Assembly: GCA_030583785.1 (NCBI GenBank)
Contig: CP129475.1
Span: 95,559 to 159,558, forward strand
DNA length: 64,000 nt
Direction: 5' to 3'
Origin: Candidatus Dojkabacteria bacterium
Lineage (GTDB): Bacteria > Patescibacteriota > Dojkabacteria > B142 > OLB20
This document shows positions 28,210-37,381 of the stretch, piece by piece. A program made the position numbers and the translations under genes. Under the pieces are notes generated by a model that searched no databases, was not told where the DNA came from, and saw only the letters and a program-made list of their open reading frames with translations. Numbering within the stretch: the stretch's first letter is position 1; the number at the start of each line of letters is the position of its first letter.

Positions 28210-29397
28210 AAGAAAAAGTCGTTTAAACTACCTGTTATTTTGATGTTTATCGTATTTGCGATAATTGGACTTCTGTTGTTTCTATCTCAGAATTATAACT
28301 CAAATGCTAACAATGAAAGCCTATTAGTTGAAAATTCTCAAAGTGAAGACAAAAACACTAGAGACGAGCCAAAAAGAAACGAAAGGATCTCAATAGGCGG
28401 ATGGATACCTCAATGGGCTTCTAAGAGTGGACTTGAGACACTTAGAAGACATGACTTCTGGACCGGAGTTTCACCTGTTTGGTACGAGCTTAACGACGAT
28501 GCAACCCTTGCACCAATGCTTCCAGAGAATTATAAGGAATTGCTAGCGTATGCAAATTCACAAAATATCGAAGTTATCCCCAGCATAGCAAATTTTGATC
28601 ATGTGCTATTCAGCAAAGTTGTCGAGAACGAACAAAAGCTACAAACACATATAGAAATGATAATAAAAGAGGTCGACTATTATGATTTTGCAGGAATAGA
28701 TCTTGATTACGAAGCAATTGCGCTCAAAGATAAAGAATCGTATTTCAAAATACTCGAATCTCTCTCCAGGCAGCTGAAAGCTAAGAATAAAAAGCTTAGT
28801 GTTACAGTCCTTTCCAAATGGGGAGACGATGTCAAGTATGGCTACTACCCAGAAACAAGAGAAGTTCAAGATTGGACCAGAATAGCACAATATGCTGACG
28901 AGGTTAGAGTCATGGCTTATGATTTTACATCACAGACGGCAACATATCCTGGCCCAATAGCACCAATGGACTGGTTTATTGAAGTGCTTGATTATGCGCT
29001 TACAAAGGTTCCAAAAGAAAAGCTAGTAATGGCAGTTCATACTTATGCCTACGAATGGTACGCAACAAGTTCGGCTGATAGTGAATCTTTATTGGCATTT
29101 GAACCAAATGGACTTGCTAACACATATTCCGGCAATAGGAATTCAAGGGCTTACACTTATGAAACGATTTCCGTTATACATCAAAAATATCCAGATGGAA
29201 ACCTTGTAGATTTTCAGAGTGAAATGATTTACAGGTATCAGGCACCAAAATCTTCGGGTGGCATCGAGAACCGCGTCGTAGTATATATTGATCAGGAGGG
29301 TATTTCAGAAAGAGCAGAGCTTGCAAAAAATCACGGGATAAAAGGAATCTATTTTTGGAGACTTGGAAATGATAGCGACCTATACTCACATCTATAG
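28198..29397 (+). CDS. secreted glycoside hydrolase family 18 (chitinase/peptidoglycan hydrolase-like)
   Basis: Signal/TM N-terminus and GH18 catalytic motif FAGIDLDYEAI (DxDxE). The TIM-barrel pattern continues to VMAYDF. Confidence 0.75.
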   Translation: MIMQKKKSFKLPVILMFIVFAIIGLLLFLSQNYNSNANNESLLVENSQSEDKNTRDEPKRNERISIGGWIPQWASKSGLETLRRHDFWTGVSPVWYELNDDATLAPMLPENYKELLAYANSQNIEVIPSIANFDHVLFSKVVENEQKLQTHIEMIIKEVDYYDFAGIDLDYEAIALKDKESYFKILESLSRQLKAKNKKLSVTVLSKWGDDVKYGYYPETREVQDWTRIAQYADEVRVMAYDFTSQTATYPGPIAPMDWFIEVLDYALTKVPKEKLVMAVHTYAYEWYATSSADSESLLAFEPNGLANTYSGNRNSRAYTYETISVIHQKYPDGNLVDFQSEMIYRYQAPKSSGGIENRVVVYIDQEGISERAELAKNHGIKGIYFWRLGNDSDLYSHL

Positions 29398-29435
29398 TCC
29401 TGCTACTATAGATAAGTATATATGAAAACTGAATT

Positions 29436-30167
29436 ATGCAATTAGTATTCTTTGGTTCTTTCGTCTTAGGTTTCTTAACTCGTACTATTGTTTTGTCCGA
29501 AAATATTAGTAAAGCAAAGTATAAATTTGACTCTAAAAATCTTGTTCTCGACCTAATATTTGCAACAATGCTAAGCCTAATTTCATATGGATTAATCGAA
29601 AGGATTGCGCAGTCCGAATATTTAGGTGGTTTCTTAGCATATCTGATCTTCGTTATAGTATTCATCGTGCTTTATCTGCTTTATTTTTTGGCTGTTTCTG
29701 ATTTGGTCTTCATGAGTGTTCCTGTACTTCCGTTATTTGTATTACTTGCAGTTCTCTTAACTGTTAATGTCGTAATGCTAATCTTTCTAGGCACAGGTGG
29801 TTTAAACCTTTGGGGCAATACCGTTATCTATCCGGTATCAAATATTACTGCCGGTCTAATTCTATCGTTTCTAGTATGGCTGATTGTAAAAGCAACACAC
29901 GAAAAAGGAATGGGGAGTGGTGACATTTATCTGGCGGGTGCAATGGGGCTGTTACTTGGTCTATCAATGAGTTTTGTTGCCTTCTACATTACTATACTAA
30001 CTGCTACAGGTGTCGGTTTAGGTTTTGCACTCTATAAGAAGAAGCTGAGAGGCGTTCCTATTCCATTTGTTCCATTTATTGTTGTTGGAATAATCACTAC
30101 CTTCCTTTTGTGGTCAGACTTATTGCCATTTGTGCAACAAAGTTTGAATCTAACTTTTTTAAGATAG
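29436..30167 (+). CDS. pilD: prepilin peptidase (A24 family, PilD-like)
   Basis: Polytopic membrane protein. MGSGDIYLAGAMGLLLG matches the conserved A24 aspartate-containing region. No N-terminal Zn-finger or methyltransferase domain is evident. Confidence 0.75.
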   Translation: MQLVFFGSFVLGFLTRTIVLSENISKAKYKFDSKNLVLDLIFATMLSLISYGLIERIAQSEYLGGFLAYLIFVIVFIVLYLLYFLAVSDLVFMSVPVLPLFVLLAVLLTVNVVMLIFLGTGGLNLWGNTVIYPVSNITAGLILSFLVWLIVKATHEKGMGSGDIYLAGAMGLLLGLSMSFVAFYITILTATGVGLGFALYKKKLRGVPIPFVPFIVVGIITTFLLWSDLLPFVQQSLNLTFLR

Positions 30168-30172
30168 AAAAA

Positions 30173-30556
30173 TTAGTCGACTAGAGTAGGGGGATTTGTA
30201 GAAATATCTACAGTTGATGTTTTTGTAATTGTTACATCTTCAAATACAGATGTAACCGATATTTGTCTTAAATTTCCACTTAAGTTGCTAATACTTGCCG
30301 AACAATTACCATCAGGATAGCTGTCCGGGAAAGGAAGAATTACTGAACCAGTGAAGAATGGATCAATCCTTAATCTGTATAGAGCCTCCTCTAAGCAAGA
30401 CCTTGATCTTAGCCCAGTGTAAAGAATCTGATTATAAGATCTTGTGGCCTTGGCAAGATCAGCAGATGTAATCAGTAGAGTGATTCCGCCGACAAGTAAT
30501 ATTGCGGTTACAATAATCAAGGTTGATAGTGCAATTAAGCCTTTTTTTCTCTGCAT
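30173..30556 (-). CDS. small pilin-like/minor-pilin candidate
   Basis: 127 aa. MQRKKGLIALSTLIIVTAILL has a positively charged start, a Gly, then a hydrophobic helix. It lacks E5. It is the last gene of the pilus operon. Confidence 0.4.
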   Translation of the reverse strand: MQRKKGLIALSTLIIVTAILLVGGITLLITSADLAKATRSYNQILYTGLRSRSCLEEALYRLRIDPFFTGSVILPFPDSYPDGNCSASISNLSGNLRQISVTSVFEDVTITKTSTVDISTNPPTLVD

Positions 30557-30560
30557 TATT

Positions 30561-31055
30561 TTAGTAGTTTAGAATAAAAGCTGTAGTATAAGTTCTACTA
30601 ACCTCGGGCATTTCTTCTGAACTTAAGGTTATGGTTACTCTCGCTCCTGTAAGTGATCCGTCAAGGTATTCAACTCTATCAAATCTTAACTGGTTAATGT
30701 CAATATTTGCCATGGTTAAATAGTTCTGAACACCATTTCTGTTGAATTGAACCCTTCCACTATTCAGTCTGTATTCATAATACTCTCCATTATCTGTAAG
30801 CCTTAAAACGCCATTGTCGTTAGCAAATTGCGATAGTGAAGCATTAATAGAAGTGGCCTCGGCAAAATTATCTTGAAAATGATTGGTAAGAAAAAGCACA
30901 TTGCGATCAATTTCGTTTCTAAGTGAACTTCTGCTGTTTGCTTCAGAGATTGAGAACATAAACTGTACGACTATTAAGAAAAGTACCCCAAATACTGCGA
31001 GGTAGATGATAGCCTCCACTAATGTTACTGCTTTTAATTTGATATTAAGGTTCAT
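30561..31055 (-). CDS. minor pilin/pseudopilin (class III signal, Ala at -1)
   Basis: MNLNIKLKAVTLVEAIIYLAVFGVLF has a K-A|VTLVE prepilin-like leader with E5. The ORF-track start at 31070 was trimmed to the ATG at 31055. Confidence 0.6.
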   Translation of the reverse strand: MNLNIKLKAVTLVEAIIYLAVFGVLFLIVVQFMFSISEANSRSSLRNEIDRNVLFLTNHFQDNFAEATSINASLSQFANDNGVLRLTDNGEYYEYRLNSGRVQFNRNGVQNYLTMANIDINQLRFDRVEYLDGSLTGARVTITLSSEEMPEVSRTYTTAFILNY

Positions 31056-32997
31056 AATTGATACGCACACTTTCTAGTATCGGCGTAAAGATTCTATCTG
31101 AAGTAAGAATGGCCTTATATTGAACATATCTTTTATTTTGAATTATCTGAGGCAGATACTCACCGTTATAGTTTGTAAAGAATGTCGAACTGGTGCCATC
31201 TGGACCTACAAAGGCAACTGAAGAGAGGTTACTGCTTGTCCCTGATCTGACCTGAAAAACAATGTCTGTGTTTTCGTTAAGCGTTTCACTCCAATTCAAT
31301 GAGTAATAATAGGTCGAACTTGAGCCGGTATCAAAAACACTAGAAACATATTCACCATAGCTAACATATTGACTACCCTGACCGCCTCCACCACCTCCAC
31401 CGAATTCTCCCCCCAAGATAACCATTAGCTCGGCACTACTGTTGTTTGTTAGCACATATGACCAAATATAGCCATTAGCATCGATAACTCCTTCAACACC
31501 AAGCAGCCCTTGGTTGTATTGCATTCCTCCACAACGAATAATATTGTTCTCGTCAGAGATATCTAATACTTGATATTCTTCGCCATTCTGACCAACTAGA
31601 ACTGCCCTTTGATCCTCTTCAATCACAGTTAGATCTCTGATAGTTGTCCCATTTGAGTTATAACTTCTAATTACCGGTCTAGAACCGTTCTTTGAGGAGG
31701 TATTAATAATGAAGAATTCGTCTTGGCTACTTGAATGGCTAGTGCCAAGGTATGCTCTGTTGCCATCAGCGCTTACATAGACAGCATTTGCGCCTTGACC
31801 ATTTACATCTGCAAAGCCTACGATTTGAGGGTTTGAGGGGTTGCTGACATCGATGATTTGCATTTCGATGCTAGAACCAGTTATTGCTACATAGGCATAA
31901 TTACCTCTAACTACAATATCAGAGCCTGTTCTTGCTAAGGTAACGCTACCTAGTTGTGATCTTGAACCAGTTTTTGATGATAAATCAAATGTTCGAAAAA
32001 CCTGACCTTGTGTCATATAACCTACATTGCCTTGCGCCCATACCGCAATACCATCGGTTGAACCAGAAGCATTGAAATAACCTACTAATTGATAATTTTG
32101 TGTACTAACATCGAATATACCAACTTCATTTCCATTATCATCTGATGTGACATAGACATAGTTGCCTTCACTATCTACAAAAACATCATTTACTTTGCTT
32201 AGAGCTGAACTTGTAGCAAGTTGTGTAATTATTGGCGGATTGTCGCTTGAAATAGCAACGCTATCAAGCCCTGGTCCGGAAGCATTGCCCCCTGTCGTCA
32301 TAAATGCTTTATTTGGAATTGCTGAGATAGCGGTTGGATTACCTTGTCTAATCAAGTTGTAGCTGGTAGCAGTTATTGTAGGTAGACACCAATCTGGTTC
32401 AATTTCGTCGTCAAGATCAAGTTCAATTGCGCCTCCACCGGTACTGGCAACTATGGTATCTGTTGTTGTACCGTCGTTAAAGTCAGCGGTTGTTGTTTCT
32501 GTCCAGATTGGCGTGTTCCAATTTGTCAAGTACATTACATTTTTACTTTCAACTGTTTGCGAAAAAACATCTTGCCAGGTGATTGTAAAGTTAATAATTC
32601 GACCGTTAATATCTTCTTGAAGATTATAGCCGTATGCAACATAGCCGTCAGTGTCTCTAAACAACCTGTCTATTGTAAAACTTATTTCATAATCACCATT
32701 TACTTTCTTTCCACTATTTATTTGATAGGTTTCATTTGTATAAGCAAGGTGTAGGTCTCCGTTTTCAGTATTATCTACTATTGATTTCCACAGACTTTGC
32801 TTGTTAATTAGTAACGCCTGCATTTCTTCTTGCATAATTGCCGCTGCGTTGGCTTGTGTTCTATTGGTGTCTGCAAAGACTTCTGCATCGATTGAGAAAA
32901 TATAGACGCTTGTAAAAATAAGTGCAGCTAATCCAACGACAATAACGATCTCAAGAATAGAGAATGCTTTTAATTTAGTCTGAAACATAATAGTCAA
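31045..32997 (-). CDS. giant pilin-like protein (650 aa) with type IV prepilin N-terminus and large repeat-rich C-terminal domain (putative tip adhesin)
   Basis: FQTKLKAFSILEIVIVVGLAALIF prepilin leader with E5. It is followed by about 600 aa with repeated G/S/N/D-rich beta-like segments and a GGGGGGQGSQ run. Confidence 0.6.
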   Translation of the reverse strand: MTIMFQTKLKAFSILEIVIVVGLAALIFTSVYIFSIDAEVFADTNRTQANAAAIMQEEMQALLINKQSLWKSIVDNTENGDLHLAYTNETYQINSGKKVNGDYEISFTIDRLFRDTDGYVAYGYNLQEDINGRIINFTITWQDVFSQTVESKNVMYLTNWNTPIWTETTTADFNDGTTTDTIVASTGGGAIELDLDDEIEPDWCLPTITATSYNLIRQGNPTAISAIPNKAFMTTGGNASGPGLDSVAISSDNPPIITQLATSSALSKVNDVFVDSEGNYVYVTSDDNGNEVGIFDVSTQNYQLVGYFNASGSTDGIAVWAQGNVGYMTQGQVFRTFDLSSKTGSRSQLGSVTLARTGSDIVVRGNYAYVAITGSSIEMQIIDVSNPSNPQIVGFADVNGQGANAVYVSADGNRAYLGTSHSSSQDEFFIINTSSKNGSRPVIRSYNSNGTTIRDLTVIEEDQRAVLVGQNGEEYQVLDISDENNIIRCGGMQYNQGLLGVEGVIDANGYIWSYVLTNNSSAELMVILGGEFGGGGGGGQGSQYVSYGEYVSSVFDTGSSSTYYYSLNWSETLNENTDIVFQVRSGTSSNLSSVAFVGPDGTSSTFFTNYNGEYLPQIIQNKRYVQYKAILTSDRIFTPILESVRINYEP

Positions 32998-33430
32998 TCA
33001 TTCCTTCAGAATTAATTTCCAGACGATAGATTTGATCACCGTCAGTGAGCGAAACACTGCCGTAGGCAACCGGTCTATAGTTGCCTTCTAGGAATACGAT
33101 TTCGTCCGTACCTCCAACTAAATCTGTTTGTTGCAGAGATAGTCTTGTTGGGTAAACAAGATCAACGGTATCAGTTGCAGCTATTAAGCTTGTTCCGGTG
33201 AAAAGGATTGCTTTCTCTTGTTCAAAAGCGATTCCGTGAGCACTCGAGTTTTTGCCAGAATACGAAGCAATCTGTTGATCAAATAATCTAGAAGATATGT
33301 CTTTAAGGTAGTTATTGGCATTTGTTTTTGTTATACCGCTAACTGTAATTGGAATAAGAATTAGTGCAATTGCCATAAGAATTGCTAATACTATTACAAT
33401 TTCAATCGTAGTATAGGCCTTTGTTCTCAT
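32975..33430 (-). CDS. minor pilin/pseudopilin
   Basis: MRTKAYTTIEIVIVLAILMAIALIL has a K-A|YTTIE leader with E5. 151 aa. Confidence 0.65.
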   Translation of the reverse strand: MRTKAYTTIEIVIVLAILMAIALILIPITVSGITKTNANNYLKDISSRLFDQQIASYSGKNSSAHGIAFEQEKAILFTGTSLIAATDTVDLVYPTRLSLQQTDLVGGTDEIVFLEGNYRPVAYGSVSLTDGDQIYRLEINSEGMIDYYVSD

Positions 33431-34437
33431 CTTGCTCTGATCGTTCCAGTAAGTTGATAAATCGGACCAATCACCATAATCGCCAATCCTCCTATCATTA
33501 CTCCGATAAAGACCAACATTATTGGTTCAAGAAGGGTTGTAAGATTGTTACTCATCTCTTGAACTTCTTCTGCATAGAAATCATAGAGGTAAGATAGGTT
33601 TTCCTCAAGAGATCCTGTGTTTTCTCCGACTTCAATCATCTTTGTGTATGTTGGAGGAAAAAGTTTTGGGTACTGACTTAGAGAGTCAGCAAGGTTGTGT
33701 CCACTCTTAATGCTTTCGTAAACATCCCTTAGAGCTTTCTCGTAGACATAGTTCCCAACTGTTTCTGATGATATCTTTAGAGCTGCTTGTATTGGCATAC
33801 CACTTTCGAGAAGGATTCCCAGAGTTCTAGAGAACTGAGTAAGAATATTGTTCTTGTTGAGTCTTTGCATTACGGGGAACTTTAGAGCCAGGTTGTCTTT
33901 AAAATGAATCCCGGGAGGTGTTTTAAGAATTCTGCTCATAATCAATGCAAACAGAACTATTGCTACAATAATTCCTACGCCGTTGTCCCGAACAAAACCA
34001 GCGATAGCAAGAACCGCAATAGTAAATTCACTTGTATTTTCGAATGCAGAGAAGAGTGATTCCAGCTTAGGCAGAATAAAGAAGATTACACCCAACATCT
34101 CTGCTAGAGTTATGAAAAGAACGATCATCGGGTATACAAGTGCGCCTTTGACTTTTCTTTGCAATTCATAATTCTTCTTAAGGTAATCTGCTAGAAATAG
34201 AAGATTTTTCTCCAGTGTTGCTCCTTGTTCCCCAATGCTGATAATCGATATGATAATTTCAGAAAAGATATCTTTATGCTTGCGCATTGCATCAGCTAAG
34301 TTAAGGCCGGATCTGACATCGAGTAGGATTTCGTTATATGCATCTTTAAGCTTTTCGTCTGGTGTCTGTTCGGCCATTACTTTAAGAGCATCTTCAATAG
34401 CCAAACCAGTTTTCAACATGATTGAAAGATGTCGCAA
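33427..34437 (-). CDS. pilC: type IV pilus platform protein PilC / GspF family
   Basis: Two GspF repeats with three TM segments. The C-terminal PIMLVFIGVMIGGLAIMVIGPIYQL matches the GspF family. 336 aa, shorter than typical. Confidence 0.8.
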   Translation of the reverse strand: MRHLSIMLKTGLAIEDALKVMAEQTPDEKLKDAYNEILLDVRSGLNLADAMRKHKDIFSEIIISIISIGEQGATLEKNLLFLADYLKKNYELQRKVKGALVYPMIVLFITLAEMLGVIFFILPKLESLFSAFENTSEFTIAVLAIAGFVRDNGVGIIVAIVLFALIMSRILKTPPGIHFKDNLALKFPVMQRLNKNNILTQFSRTLGILLESGMPIQAALKISSETVGNYVYEKALRDVYESIKSGHNLADSLSQYPKLFPPTYTKMIEVGENTGSLEENLSYLYDFYAEEVQEMSNNLTTLLEPIMLVFIGVMIGGLAIMVIGPIYQLTGTIRAR

Positions 34438-34500
34438 TATCTAAAGGAGAGACATTGTGCATCAAATAGAATTTTTTATCTTTTGTTAGTTGTATTACCA

Positions 34501-35832
34501 TTATTCTTTAAGTGCTGTTACTCTGATAAGTTCTGAAATACTTGTTACCCCGGCTACTAATTTTTTAACGCCATCTTCGACAATTAGAATTAGCCCGTTT
34601 TTTCGTGCTTGTTTATAAAGTTCGTCACTACTTGTTCCTTCAGATATTAGTATACGAATCGATTCATCAATTTCAAAAACTTCATAGAGTCCAAGTCTAC
34701 CTTTAAAACCTGAACCATCGCAGACAGTGCAACCAACTTCGTGGAATATTTTTTCTCCGCCTTTAAGCTGAGCGGCGATATCGGGTCTTATCTTTTTAAG
34801 CTCTTCCATGTCTTCTTTGGTGAGCGTAAATTGTTTTTTACATTCATCGCAGAGTTTTCTGGCAAGTCTTTGTGCAACAACAAGGTTTACGGTGGAGGCA
34901 ACTAGGAATCCTTCTATTCCCATGTCCATAAGTCTTGGTATAGCAGTGACAGCGTCGTTGGTGTGCAAAGTAGATAAAACAAGATGACCTGTAAGAGCTG
35001 CATTTGTAGCAATTCTGGCAGTTTCTGCATCCCGAATTTCTCCAACCATGATTATGTCGGGATCTTGTCTAAGAATCGATCTAAGACCTGTAGCAAATGT
35101 CAGGTTTGCTTTTGTGTTAATTTGAATATGGTTTACGCCAGGAAGGTCATATTCCACAGGGTCCTCTACTGTTGTAATATTAACTTCGCTGGAATTAAGG
35201 ATTTTTAAGATAGAGTAGAGAGTGGTTGTTTTTCCTGAACCAGTTGGACCCACCGCAAGAATCATTCCGTAGGGTTTGCTGTATGCTTTTTGAACGACTT
35301 CTAACTCGTTGTCTTTAAGACCAAGATCTTCGAGCTTAAATGAACGACCTTCGGAGGTTAGAAGCCTCATCACAACTTTTTCGCCCCTTGTAATTGGAAG
35401 AATTGATACACGAGTATCTAGTTTTTTTCCGTCAAAAATGAAACGAATTCTTCCGTCTTGAGGAGCAAAATGTTCGTCGGTTCGTAGTTTTGCAGATACT
35501 TTTATTTTAAAGATAAGCGCCTGTTCAAGATTTTTATCGATAGTTAGCATTTCTCGCATAATTCCATCGACTCTGTATCTAACAAGTAGCTGGTCTTCTT
35601 GGGGCTCAAGGTGAACATCTGATGCCTTACTTTTGAGGGCGTTAAAAACTATACTATCGAGAAGCTCTATAATGTTGATTGGCCCGCTACCAGAACGAGC
35701 GCCGATATGTTCCAACTCTCGTTTAGCAACGGTTTTGCCTTTAATGGCGGCTTCGTTAGGAGCCGACTCTTTTTTTTGTTGTGGGGCAGTCCCGGCAGAG
35801 CTACTTGGGACAGCATTTTTCTCTTCTGCCAT
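34501..35832 (-). CDS. pilB: type IV pilus assembly ATPase PilB (GspE family)
   Basis: Walker A VGPTGSGKTTT, Asp box, Walker B and His box. The tetracysteine motif CxxC...CxxC (CDECKKQ...CTVCDGSGFKGRLGLYE) is typical of GspE/PilB. Confidence 0.85.
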   Translation of the reverse strand: MAEEKNAVPSSSAGTAPQQKKESAPNEAAIKGKTVAKRELEHIGARSGSGPINIIELLDSIVFNALKSKASDVHLEPQEDQLLVRYRVDGIMREMLTIDKNLEQALIFKIKVSAKLRTDEHFAPQDGRIRFIFDGKKLDTRVSILPITRGEKVVMRLLTSEGRSFKLEDLGLKDNELEVVQKAYSKPYGMILAVGPTGSGKTTTLYSILKILNSSEVNITTVEDPVEYDLPGVNHIQINTKANLTFATGLRSILRQDPDIIMVGEIRDAETARIATNAALTGHLVLSTLHTNDAVTAIPRLMDMGIEGFLVASTVNLVVAQRLARKLCDECKKQFTLTKEDMEELKKIRPDIAAQLKGGEKIFHEVGCTVCDGSGFKGRLGLYEVFEIDESIRILISEGTSSDELYKQARKNGLILIVEDGVKKLVAGVTSISELIRVTALKE

Positions 35833-35883
35833 ATTTGATCAAATATATCTATATTTAATCCTAATTCGAAAGCTTTTGCAATG

Positions 35884-35910
35884 AAAAAAGGGGCGCACTA
35901 TGTGCGCCCC
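35884..35910 (-). terminator. intrinsic terminator immediately downstream of pilA (partial, permitting read-through to pilB)
   Basis: On the minus strand: GGGGCGCAC-ata-GTGCGCCCC hairpin followed by TTTTTT. It lies 17 nt after the pilA stop. Confidence 0.7.
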
Positions 35911-35927
35911 TTCAATGCTATATCAAG

Positions 35928-36371
35928 CTATCTTGATACAACAATTGTTGCACTCTCTGCACCAGGTGCTGAAACTGTTACACGACCTGAAGCTTCTTGA
36001 CAGATCTCGTAACCTGTATCTGCAGCTGTTCCACCTTGTGGATCTTCTGGAATGCTAACTAAGAATGTTGGCACTAAGTTTGCAGAAAGATCTACGCAAG
36101 CTGTTGATGTACCTACGCAAACTGTATCTGTGGTACAACCAGGAATTGTTCCAAGATCACCTAAGGCATTGCCTTGTTGTGCTGTGTATTGAGTTACAGC
36201 ATTAAGGATCTGGGTAACATCGGATGACCTTTGAGTATTTCTGGCATCCTGGAAGTTCTGCTGCGGATTGATGGCGATAATTGTGATTGCAGCAAGGATC
36301 GCAATAAGAGCGACTACAACAAGAATTTCAATAAGTGTGAAACCCTTGAGGTTTTTTTGGCTATTTCTCAT
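35928..36371 (-). CDS. pilA: type IV major pilin
   Basis: MRNSQKNLKGFTLIEILVVVALIAILAAITI is a textbook class III signal (G|FTLIE). 147 aa. C-terminal Cys residues could form a disulfide-bonded loop. Confidence 0.85.
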   Translation of the reverse strand: MRNSQKNLKGFTLIEILVVVALIAILAAITIIAINPQQNFQDARNTQRSSDVTQILNAVTQYTAQQGNALGDLGTIPGCTTDTVCVGTSTACVDLSANLVPTFLVSIPEDPQGGTAADTGYEICQEASGRVTVSAPGAESATIVVSR

Positions 36372-36653
36372 AGCTATTTTATAAATAATATAAATAAAAT
36401 TATTTTGATTATTTAAGATTGCAAGTCAAAAATAATCTGGACCAGCAAGTATTTATGCTGTACCTGTTTTAAAATTATCGGCAAACGCCGAATTTGAACT
36501 CAGAAGCTTACTGAGCCCAAATACGAAGTTCGAACGACTTGAAAAAAATAATCTATATGAGTTCTTACAATTTGTTTTTGACAAATTCATTTTGGCAGTT
36601 TTCTTCAATCTAAACACTTACTAAATCAAGTGTAGAAAAAGGGGATAGTCATG

Positions 36654-37172
36654 TCAAGAGATATCTTCGAATATTTGTTTGTAGGTTTTTTGATACCATG
36701 GGTTGAAAAGCACCAACATAACTGTTTCTATTGATTTGAATTTGTAATCTGAGATTACTTTCCTGGCAGTTTGCGCAGATACTTCTATGGGTACACGAAA
36801 CACTCCTGTTGAAATGCTTGGGAAAGCAATTGATTTACACTTGAGATTTTCTGCAATCAGAAGGCTATTATTGTAACAATCAGCAAGAAGAGAAATATCA
36901 TCTTGTTCATAAATGGGCCCAACAGTATGAATAATATATTTTGCATCAAGTTCGTAAGCTTTGGTTGCAACCGCTTGACCAGTTGGCAAGCCATCTTTGT
37001 AATTGCTATTTCTAAGTGAGAGACATTCTTCATATAACTTGGGGCCGGCGTACCGATGAATTGCTCCATCAACGCCTCCGCCACCAAGCAAGCTTGAATT
37101 GGCAGCATTAACAATGGCGTCTGCGGTGATTTCTGTAATATCGCCTTGTAGTATTTGTATTTTAGGCGTCAT
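36654..37172 (-). CDS. macro-domain protein (O-acetyl-ADP-ribose deacetylase-like)
   Basis: ILQGDITEITADAIVNAANSSLLGGGGVDGAIHRYAG is the canonical macro-domain N-terminus. The start was trimmed to the internal ATG at 37172 so that it does not overlap the tRNA. Confidence 0.8.
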   Translation of the reverse strand: MTPKIQILQGDITEITADAIVNAANSSLLGGGGVDGAIHRYAGPKLYEECLSLRNSNYKDGLPTGQAVATKAYELDAKYIIHTVGPIYEQDDISLLADCYNNSLLIAENLKCKSIAFPSISTGVFRVPIEVSAQTARKVISDYKFKSIETVMLVLFNPWYQKTYKQIFEDIS

Positions 37173-37187
37173 CTGTAGATATTTATA

Positions 37188-37268
37188 TGCCGAGGAGAGG
37201 AGTCGAACCTCCACATCCGAAGATACTGGTTCCTAAGACCAGCGCGTCTGCCATTCCGCCACCTCGGC
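37188..37268 (-). tRNA. tRNA-Leu (anticodon UAG), class II with long variable arm, no encoded CCA
   Basis: The reverse complement GCCGAGGTGGCGGAATGGCAGACGCG-CTGGT-CTTAGGA-ACCAG-(13-nt variable arm)-GGAGGTTCGACTCCTCT-CCTCGGC-A folds as a cloverleaf with a 7-bp acceptor stem, GTTCGA T-loop and anticodon TAG. Confidence 0.8.
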
Positions 37269-37381
37269 TTTTTCGCAAAACAATTGTAGCATAAAAACCG
37301 GTATTTGGAAGCAGATTATAACCAAAGCTGGAATATGACTATCTTGCATGATATTATTGCTTTGCATAGCTTTGATACTTT

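Noticed and set aside
31380-31420. The GGTGG/AGG-rich run encoding GGGGGGQGS in the giant pilin, considered as a tandem DNA repeat.
   Set aside because: It is a short low-complexity Gly codon run inside a CDS, not a repeat element.
37172-37214. Upstream ATG (37214) of the macro-domain ORF.
   Set aside because: Using it would overlap the tRNA-Leu gene at 37188-37268. The internal ATG at 37172 gives the canonical macro-domain N-terminus.
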